DNA of 64,000 nt from a phage: sequence record PZ445134.1. One strand, given 5' to 3'. Shown here piece by piece: positions 57,764 through 64,000 of the stretch (position 1 is the stretch's first letter; every line of letters starts with the position of its first letter). Under the pieces are notes generated by a model. The model had not been told where the DNA came from and made no database searches. It saw only the letters and a program-made list of their open reading frames with translations. Made by a program: the position numbers and the translations under genes.

Positions 57764-58132
57764 TTAATTAAATTTGTTTAAACGTTCAATACACTGGACG
57801 TAGTTATTTGCGATTTGTTTCTGGGTGGGCTCTTTACCAGTTGTTTCAACATAGCGAATGAATGCGATTTCAGTAGCCTGTAGACAATGTTCTTTAACGC
57901 GTTGTTCTTTTGACAATGCTACAGTATCAGAGTCACGATAACGTTGAGCATGGGCATCAGCTTGAATCATTCGATTACCTACAGTAACCGGGTCTTCCAC
58001 TTCAACTTTAGGTTGGTCATACTGTTTAACATTCGGATTGTAAATCAGTTGGCCAACGTTATTAGGGATAAAGCCATGGGCACCACATCCGGTTAATCCA
58101 AATACCATTGCTAAAGCGATTAATTTTTTCAT
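57764..58132 (-). CDS. putative lipoprotein, 122 aa
   Basis: Signal peptide plus lipobox (MKKLIALAMVFGLTGCGA); promoter 58161-58190. Confidence 0.55.
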   Translation of the reverse strand: MKKLIALAMVFGLTGCGAHGFIPNNVGQLIYNPNVKQYDQPKVEVEDPVTVGNRMIQADAHAQRYRDSDTVALSKEQRVKEHCLQATEIAFIRYVETTGKEPTQKQIANNYVQCIERLNKFN

Positions 58133-58160
58133 TTCAATTTCCTCTGTAGTTGATAGAAAG

Positions 58161-58190
58161 ATAGTAACACAGTATGTGGTGCTTGTAAAC
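58161..58190 (-). promoter_or_regulatory. T4-type early promoter
   Basis: minus strand GTTTAC, 18 nt, TACTAT. Confidence 0.5.
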
Positions 58191-58192
58191 AG

Positions 58193-58405
58193 TTATTTTA
58201 AACTTTTGCGAAATTTGCGTTTTTCTTGACGAATCTGTCGTTTAGTCGGACGTACAGCAAATTTAACGAAGTCCACTTTGCCGTGTGGAAACTTTTCAGA
58301 TGCTTCACAGTCCATCATTAGTTCCCATCCTTCCAGAATAAGAGCTTTCCATTGTGTAGTTGATGCAAATTCGTATGTTGATGGTTTAAACACAGTTGAA
58401 TACAT
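58193..58405 (-). CDS. hypothetical basic protein, 70 aa
   Basis: Track ORF trimmed to ATG 58405 with GAGGA SD, removing a 44-nt overlap. Confidence 0.45.
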   Translation of the reverse strand: MYSTVFKPSTYEFASTTQWKALILEGWELMMDCEASEKFPHGKVDFVKFAVRPTKRQIRQEKRKFRKSLK

Positions 58406-58406
58406 A

Positions 58407-58598
58407 TTATCCTCTGAAATCAGCTTCAAAAACTTTCTCGTCATTAACAAATGCTTTAACTAATGCGTTGTTCACTTCAGCAAGTTGTACCGTAACCCAC
58501 TCGATTTCTTCGCGATCACCTGATAACATAATATCTTTAGTGAACATCTCGCCGCTTTTAAACCAACCTATAAAAGTAACTTTAGTTAATTTGCTCAT
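58407..58598 (-). CDS. hypothetical protein, 63 aa (Dmd-size, coupled to upstream Arr-like ORF)
   Basis: ATG 58598 overlaps stop of the 105-aa ORF (ATGA); size and map position near gene 41 recall T4 dmd, but sequence identity could not be verified. Confidence 0.4.
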   Translation of the reverse strand: MSKLTKVTFIGWFKSGEMFTKDIMLSGDREEIEWVTVQLAEVNNALVKAFVNDEKVFEADFRG

Positions 58599-58912
58599 AT
58601 TTCCTCGCAAAATGCCCATTCAGCGTGATAAACTGTAGCACCTTTAGTATCATTCATTTGAACTACGTCTACCGGAGAAATTACTCGATAGAGACGTGGT
58701 TCACCTCCGTAAGAGCGTGCTGCTCGTCCTGCATAAATCTTTGCTAAACCGATATCTTCAGTAAAGAATACCCGATCCAAGTTTTTCTTACGTCCAGTTT
58801 CAGACAGAACTCCTGTTTCTTCAGGAGGACAAAGCATGTTTTCGATGTTAGCTGAACTACTTGAACCGTGATAAAAAATCTTAAATTCTGCTTTACAATC
58901 AATGGTTTTCAT
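58595..58912 (-). CDS. small H-G-S motif protein, 105 aa; Arr/Tpt1-like ADP-ribosyltransferase fold candidate
   Basis: Motif series FYHGSSSS ... VFFTEDIGLAKIYAG ... YRVISPVDVV resembles the H-G-T/S, beta-strand and Y-x-V-x-P signature of Arr/KptA-clan enzymes; promoter 58939-58967. Confidence 0.4.
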   Translation of the reverse strand: MKTIDCKAEFKIFYHGSSSSANIENMLCPPEETGVLSETGRKKNLDRVFFTEDIGLAKIYAGRAARSYGGEPRLYRVISPVDVVQMNDTKGATVYHAEWAFCEEI

Positions 58913-58938
58913 TTTGTTCTCCAGTAGTTGATAGGTCT

Positions 58939-58967
58939 ATAATAACACAACTACTGGAGAAGTAAAC
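58939..58967 (-). promoter_or_regulatory. T4-type early promoter (Arr-like operon)
   Basis: minus strand GTTTAC, 17 nt, TATTAT, flanked by inverted repeat CTCCAGTAGTTG/CAACTACTGGAG. Confidence 0.55.
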
Positions 58968-59342
58968 TTAAAAACGTAATTTAGATACATCTACGTTGAT
59001 TTCGCTTTGGTTTGCGTCGTATGCAATTAAACGAACAGCTTTAGATGGGTCATTCAATGCATAGAAATGATGGAACATTGCTCGAACGATATCACCATTT
59101 ACGAGTTCTACCTGGATAGGAGAACCTTTTTCGAGTTGGAAATGTTCATAAGCTTTGATGGTTCGCAGATAATCAAGTTTTTGATTTCCGGCTCCAACAA
59201 TTTGTACGATACGTTTGCCCATGTTTTCCATACGAGATACAATAGTTTTAGGAGCAAGAATAACGTAGGTTGCCAGCGGAGAAACTACTTCAACAGTTGT
59301 GTTTTCGGTGATTGCAGTAAAAATTGCTTGAGACATATTCAT
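58968..59342 (-). CDS. hypothetical protein, 124 aa
   Basis: Track ORF; promoter 59372-59401. Confidence 0.5.
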   Translation of the reverse strand: MNMSQAIFTAITENTTVEVVSPLATYVILAPKTIVSRMENMGKRIVQIVGAGNQKLDYLRTIKAYEHFQLEKGSPIQVELVNGDIVRAMFHHFYALNDPSKAVRLIAYDANQSEINVDVSKLRF

Positions 59343-59371
59343 AGTGTTTTCCTCTTGGTTTGTGTAAGTAC

Positions 59372-59401
59372 ATCATATCATGCCTAGAGGAAGATGTAAA
59401 C
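59372..59401 (-). promoter_or_regulatory. T4-type early promoter
   Basis: minus strand GTTTAC, 18 nt, TATGAT. Confidence 0.5.
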
Positions 59402-59408
59402 CCCGAAA

Positions 59409-59424
59409 GGAGACCGAAGTCTCC
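59409..59424 (-). terminator. hairpin after gene 41
   Basis: GGAGACCGAAGTCTCC with T-run on the plus side. Confidence 0.5.
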
Positions 59425-59430
59425 TTTTTA

Positions 59431-60873
59431 TTAAAATTTTAACTCATTGGCTAAGCTATCTAGGTCAGCACGTGTTGTTTTGGCTTTACCTACGCGTTCC
59501 GTACGATTCACCTCTGCCTGACGCATCTGGGCACCTGCGTTTTCATTTACTGTGTTAGGTGTGTTCATGCCTTCTTGCTCAATCTCAACCCATTTCTGGT
59601 TGCCTTTACGTACACCCATCAGGAATTTATTCCACTTATTCTTATCACCATACCGTGATTTGATTTGTTTGATAAGTTGTTGTTCAGCTTGTGCAAGTTC
59701 TTCGGTTTCAATTACGGCCAACATGAAATCTGCCGTTGCTGGTAAACCTGCTGATTCTGCAATATCGCTCATGTTCATATCCGAAGCATCCCATGCTGCA
59801 CGTCCTACTTGAGCTGCAGTCCATAGAACTGTTTCAGATTCTACTGCTAATGCACGAAGTTCTTCTGCGATAGCTTTAACTAATGTGTAGCTATTTTCAG
59901 TGTAAACTCTGATACGACAAGACCCACAAATACCTAAGTAATCAACCATGATTACAGATGGCACAAAGTTCTTCTTGAGTTTCAATTCATTAAGCAATGC
60001 ACGGAATGTATTAGCATTAGCTCCGCCAGTAGGATACTGTTTAACTACTAAACGTCCTAATGTTGTTTTTGAACGCCATTTTTCCATCTTGGCTTTATAT
60101 TCAGCATAAGATACGTTACCATCATCGATATCATCGAGCGATACGTCAAGCATGTTTGCATCTATACGCTTAGCACAAACTTCTTCAGCCATTTCCATAG
60201 AAATATAAAGAACGTTATGACCTGTTTGAAGATAATCTGCAGCAAGTGAACAAAGGCCTAAAGATTTACCGACGTTAACACCGGCCATTAAAACATTCAG
60301 TGTACCAGTTTCAGCACCACCTTTAGTGATTTTATTCAGAATGTTTAATTTGAACGGGACCTTACGTGCTTTGTTCAGATAAGAAAGCCAGCGTGCTTCA
60401 TAGTCTTCCATCCAGTCATGTCCAACATAACTATCAAACGAAATTGAAAGTGCTTGACGCATAATATCAGGAATAGCTCCTACGTCAGGCATTTTCTTGT
60501 TACGTTGTTCTGGAGGTAGTTCAGCATTAGACTGAATCTCAATGATTTTAGACGTAGCATTATACATCGCTTTTTGCTGGACATATTTCTCAGTTTCTTT
60601 AACCAACCATTCATGGTCTTCAGGAGTATCAGCCAATTTTTCAATTAGGTCTGAAGTTCCTTTATATTCTGCTTCAGTTAAAGAACTGTTATCTAAAGCC
60701 ACCTTTAATGCATTGATAGACGGCATTGCATTATATTCGTTAACGTGGCTCTTTATAATTTTAAAGACATTTTTTGCCGGTCCACGCTCAAAATACTCAG
60801 AATCCATATAAGGCCAGACCTTAGAAAAATAAGCCTGGTCATATACTAGATGAGACAAAATAATTTCTACCAC
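59431..60873 (-). CDS. 41: replicative DNA helicase gp41 (DnaB family)
   Basis: 480 aa; matches recalled T4 gp41 (MVEIILSHL...LNVLMAGVNVGKSLGLCSLAADYLQ); GTG start with AAGGAG SD. Confidence 0.93.
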   Translation of the reverse strand: MVEIILSHLVYDQAYFSKVWPYMDSEYFERGPAKNVFKIIKSHVNEYNAMPSINALKVALDNSSLTEAEYKGTSDLIEKLADTPEDHEWLVKETEKYVQQKAMYNATSKIIEIQSNAELPPEQRNKKMPDVGAIPDIMRQALSISFDSYVGHDWMEDYEARWLSYLNKARKVPFKLNILNKITKGGAETGTLNVLMAGVNVGKSLGLCSLAADYLQTGHNVLYISMEMAEEVCAKRIDANMLDVSLDDIDDGNVSYAEYKAKMEKWRSKTTLGRLVVKQYPTGGANANTFRALLNELKLKKNFVPSVIMVDYLGICGSCRIRVYTENSYTLVKAIAEELRALAVESETVLWTAAQVGRAAWDASDMNMSDIAESAGLPATADFMLAVIETEELAQAEQQLIKQIKSRYGDKNKWNKFLMGVRKGNQKWVEIEQEGMNTPNTVNENAGAQMRQAEVNRTERVGKAKTTRADLDSLANELKF

Positions 60874-60882
60874 GATAACTCC

Positions 60883-61242
60883 TTAAAAGAATTTAAATTT
60901 TTTCTTGGTCCGTTCATTAAAAGCTTGTTGTACTTGCATTGTAACACATTTTTCAACATGTGGTGCAAGTTCTGCTTTTCTGTCCTGGTCAAGAACTGCA
61001 AAGTCCATTACGATTTTACCATCAACCCAGTCTAGTTTTGTAATATAGACTATATGATGAGAACCATCTTCAAGTGTAATCAGAATCTCTTGAATGACAT
61101 TTTCCATTGCTGAACGGATAATTTTAAGAGATTCATTAAACACTCGTTCTTTGCGAATGTCTTCCCCTTCCGAAGAAGGGGATTCATCAACGATTTCTAG
61201 ATTTAAATCATCGAGATTATTCATCGAAATCTTCCATTTCAT
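60883..61242 (-). CDS. 40: gp40 head-vertex assembly protein (probable)
   Basis: Map position between 41 and uvsX; start set at ATG 61242 (track begins at TTG 61245; alternative ATG at 61224 has a better SD). Confidence 0.55.
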   Translation of the reverse strand: MKWKISMNNLDDLNLEIVDESPSSEGEDIRKERVFNESLKIIRSAMENVIQEILITLEDGSHHIVYITKLDWVDGKIVMDFAVLDQDRKAELAPHVEKCVTMQVQQAFNERTKKKFKFF

Positions 61243-62389
61243 CAAGGTCGTTTTCTATATCTGCTGCAGACGGAGCATCAGAAGTTTTAACCGGAACTTT
61301 AGTTGTTGCTTTGCAATTAATAAGGTCATTAACAGCATCATCAACTTCTTTAATAGAAGAGATAGCACCTAGTTTATATTTAGTTTCAATTGCATCTCGG
61401 AAAGGTTTGTGTTTAAACAACGGCCCCCAGAATTCTACACAATCAGTAGCTTTAGCACGCCATGATTTTTCTTCACGAATCATTTCGCCTGTTTCTTCGT
61501 CAAGGAATTCACGAGCATACCAACCAGCTTTAGGCTTAACTACAAAACCAATTTCAGTTGCCATTTCTAACAAGCCACTGAATGGGTCGATACCACCATC
61601 AAAATTAACAGTGATCGGGAAAGTAGATTTTTCTTTAACGGTGCGAGATTTTTCTGCTTTCAACGTGAAGTCATAACCGGTCAATTCTGTACCTTCTTTA
61701 ACCTGACGTTTAGAGATAAAAAATACCGTGTTGGCAGAATAAAGAATACCTGTACCACCACCCATAATCTCTTTAGGATACAATCCGCCAATTTCCATTG
61801 CTGTATGGTTAATTGCAACACATGGAATATCTTTAATAGTCAGATAAGGAGTCACAATGCGGAACAGAGATTTAAGTGCCTTAGCACGAGACATATCACC
61901 TACGACTTTCTCGTTCAATGCATCTTCAGTTTCTTTCTTAGATGCAGTATTACCGATTGAATCGATAAAGATAATAACTTTATCACCGCGTTCAATCGCG
62001 TCAAGCTGATTAGTCATATCAACTTTAAGTTGTTCGACAGATTGAATCGGAGTATGAACTACACGGTCTAAATCAACACCCATTGAACGAAAATAAGATT
62101 CTGAAGCACCAAATTCTGAATCATAGAACAAACAAATTGCATCTTTATATTTCTTCATATATGCTGCAACCATGGTCAGCCCAAACAACGTTTTAAAGTG
62201 TTTAGAAGGAGCAGCAAAAATAGTTAAGCCTGATTGCAACCCGGCATTCAGTGCACCACCTAATGCAATATTCAACATCGGAATACGAGTAGGGACTTCA
62301 TCACGATTATTAAACAGCTTAGACTTAGTCAAGTCTGCAGTCATTTTAGAAGTAGAAGCTTTAATCAGACGAGATTTTAAATCAGACAT
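61217..62389 (-). CDS. uvsX: UvsX recombinase (RecA-like)
   Basis: 390 aa; matches recalled T4 UvsX (MSDLKSRLIKASTSK...FYDSEFG...REFLDEETGEMIREEKSWRAK). Confidence 0.93.
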   Translation of the reverse strand: MSDLKSRLIKASTSKMTADLTKSKLFNNRDEVPTRIPMLNIALGGALNAGLQSGLTIFAAPSKHFKTLFGLTMVAAYMKKYKDAICLFYDSEFGASESYFRSMGVDLDRVVHTPIQSVEQLKVDMTNQLDAIERGDKVIIFIDSIGNTASKKETEDALNEKVVGDMSRAKALKSLFRIVTPYLTIKDIPCVAINHTAMEIGGLYPKEIMGGGTGILYSANTVFFISKRQVKEGTELTGYDFTLKAEKSRTVKEKSTFPITVNFDGGIDPFSGLLEMATEIGFVVKPKAGWYAREFLDEETGEMIREEKSWRAKATDCVEFWGPLFKHKPFRDAIETKYKLGAISSIKEVDDAVNDLINCKATTKVPVKTSDAPSAADIENDLDEMEDFDE

Positions 62390-62488
62390 TGTATTTTTCC
62401 ATAGGCATCATTATATTTTACTCATGTTTAAAAGATAAGACGATTATATACTAAGGGCTATACAGCATTTAAAACTTTAAACAGGCTC

Positions 62489-63037
62489 TTAACGAGCCCA
62501 TTTGATAATTTCTGTAATCAAATTATTACGTTCGCTTGCATTAAATCCTATAACTTTGTTAGCACCATCATGATTAAGTAATTGATACGTTTGGATTTTG
62601 TTATGAATTGCAAACTCTTCAAAATATGAAATGACTGTATTAAAACCGAATGAAGACAAAGTAATAAGGTCGTCTTCAAAACTTTCAGTCATTTCGTTAC
62701 GTGTTAAAATAATTGTGAACACATCATGGTTTTGGCAAAGACGAACATAATCCTGTTCATAAACGTCAAGAACCGAGTCCACATCTTGTCGAATACGTCC
62801 ATAAACCCAGTTACTAATATATCCACGGTCTAACAGATAAATCTTAGTAGGGTCTAAATAATTCAACATCGTTTCGAAACAGCCAACTTCATTTCGAGAT
62901 TTAACATCGAAACGTCCATCAACTGTTCGTTTAGGGAAATCAATCTTTACATATCTTTCACTAATTTCCATTATGTCATTAATGAAAGTTGTTTTACCAG
63001 CATTATCCGGGCCATCTACTAAAATAATTTTAGCCAT
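62489..63037 (-). CDS. P-loop nucleotide kinase-like protein, 182 aa
   Basis: Walker A MAKIILVDGPDNAGKTT and downstream LLDRGYISNWVYG (DRY/DRH-like) as in thymidylate/deoxynucleoside kinase families. Confidence 0.5.
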   Translation of the reverse strand: MAKIILVDGPDNAGKTTFINDIMEISERYVKIDFPKRTVDGRFDVKSRNEVGCFETMLNYLDPTKIYLLDRGYISNWVYGRIRQDVDSVLDVYEQDYVRLCQNHDVFTIILTRNEMTESFEDDLITLSSFGFNTVISYFEEFAIHNKIQTYQLLNHDGANKVIGFNASERNNLITEIIKWAR

Positions 63038-63038
63038 T

Positions 63039-63938
63039 TTATTCCTCGATTACGACATCTTCATATTTAGGTATATTATACGGTGAAGAAATTAAAGCAT
63101 TAAAGTAGATGAACTCACCAAGACCTGGATGGAATACTTCTTCAGGATTTTCGAAATATTGAATCTTCGGTCTTCCTTTAAGAATTTGATAGTACTCAGT
63201 TTTAGTTGGTTTAAAAATTCGAATCAGCGCTTCTTCAGGATACTTATTTCTGTCGAAGCTATTATTTGGATCGGTTATATAAAGCGGTTGACCTAATTGA
63301 ATTGCACATTCAACCACTTGTTCAAAACGATAACACGGGTCACTAATTCGAAATGGATGAAAAATACCATCTAGATGAATAGGAGCCAAATCACCTACAA
63401 GACGCTGCATGATGGAAGGACGTATAACTTTCTGGGTTACGATAATCTTATTACCATCTGCACCAGCGTTAACCAGCACTTCTTTTTGACGTTCATTCAA
63501 CACAGTAGTTTGAAGTGAACGATTAACCGACAACATGTCGGTTTTTAAGAATTCGTCAATGTAAAAACGTGGTTTATTAGGGTCTGCAGTGATATTGAAA
63601 TTGAATTCTACATCAAAAGCGCCGTCATATCCAGTGATATCTGTGATTAGAAAATCACAATCATAATAAGAAATTAATGAATCAACCACAAATTCATTTT
63701 CAGACCAGAAATATTTACGAGTGTTATACGCGTTATCTTTATACCATAATGGAACAAACTTAAATTCTGGGAAAAGACGTTCGCATTCTTTAATATCAGA
63801 TGCATTACGTGGATATGTAATCACATCACCCGGATTAGCACGGTGCAAATGAAGTTGGAAGTTGCCATCCTTAAGGATAGCATACTGTCCAGTTTCATAA
63901 GACCGCATACTCAAGATAGGTACGCGGAAAATAGCCAT
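63039..63938 (-). CDS. hypothetical protein, 299 aa
   Basis: Track ORF; lies where T4 carries beta-gt; no similarity to recalled T4 beta-glucosyltransferase. Confidence 0.55.
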   Translation of the reverse strand: MAIFRVPILSMRSYETGQYAILKDGNFQLHLHRANPGDVITYPRNASDIKECERLFPEFKFVPLWYKDNAYNTRKYFWSENEFVVDSLISYYDCDFLITDITGYDGAFDVEFNFNITADPNKPRFYIDEFLKTDMLSVNRSLQTTVLNERQKEVLVNAGADGNKIIVTQKVIRPSIMQRLVGDLAPIHLDGIFHPFRISDPCYRFEQVVECAIQLGQPLYITDPNNSFDRNKYPEEALIRIFKPTKTEYYQILKGRPKIQYFENPEEVFHPGLGEFIYFNALISSPYNIPKYEDVVIEE

Positions 63939-64000
63939 TAGTCAAGGAATCCTTTAACATAATCAAAATCACGTTCAAACACATGGGCACTTACCATGGT
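63938..64000 (-). CDS. C-terminal end of an upstream gene (partial; 5' part outside window)
   Basis: Open minus frame ending ...TMVSAHVFERDFDYVKGFLD with TAA overlapping the next ATG (TAATG). Confidence 0.3.
   Translation of the reverse strand, partial: TMVSAHVFERDFDYVKGFLD

Noticed and set aside
58407-58598. Assigning gene symbol dmd to the 63-aa ORF
   Set aside because: Only size and neighbourhood match; I cannot reliably recall the T4 Dmd sequence, so it is left unnamed.
33873-59401. Recurrent ~30-bp elements (GATAGGTCTATAATATCATG...GTAAAC) as a possible CRISPR array or MITE-like repeats
   Set aside because: Spacing is irregular (hundreds to thousands of bp), sequences vary outside the hexamers, and each sits at a fixed distance upstream of an SD/ATG on the minus strand, so they are promoters.

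Overview
This window reads as a T4-like (Tevenvirinae) phage genome segment, colinear with the T4 map from the gene 30.x region to uvsX. The minus strand carries an early/middle gene block: rIII, 31, cd, pseT, alc, rnlA, denA, nrdB, nrdA, td, frd, 32, 59, 33, dsbA and rnh (about 1.7 to 20.4 kb). The plus strand carries a late tail-fibre module, genes 34, 35, 36, 37 and 38 plus holin t (20.5 to 31.1 kb). The minus strand then resumes with asiA, motA, 52, ndd, denB, rIIB, rIIA, a fused 39 topoisomerase subunit, dexA, dda, srd, modA, modB, soc, 56, 61, sp, 41, 40 and uvsX. Core calls rest on my recollection of T4 protein sequences and gene order, with no database search possible. The minus-strand genes are punctuated by T4-type early promoters (24 annotated; GTTTAC, 17-18 bp, TATAAT-like) and GC-stem CGAAG-type tetraloop hairpins; late TATAAATA promoters precede genes 34, 36, t, soc and probably 32. 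Against this backbone the window holds many accessory ORFs. The most notable are an AroG-type DAHP synthase, a NADAR/YbiA-like protein, a glycosyltransferase-like ORF between rIIA and 39, a P-loop kinase-like plus 299-aa pair where T4 has beta-gt/42, a small H-G-S ORF with Arr/Tpt1-like motifs, a tandem paralogue pair, and chains of translationally coupled micro-ORFs encoding hydrophobic peptides. There is also a perfect 77-bp tandem duplication across the pseT 3' end. No tRNA, rRNA, CRISPR array, intron or homing endonuclease was recognised. The six-frame track starts ORFs at the first ATG/GTG/TTG after a stop, so several N-termini were trimmed to the ATG that has a Shine-Dalgarno and sits downstream of the promoter. 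Manually derived coordinates may be off by a few bases.
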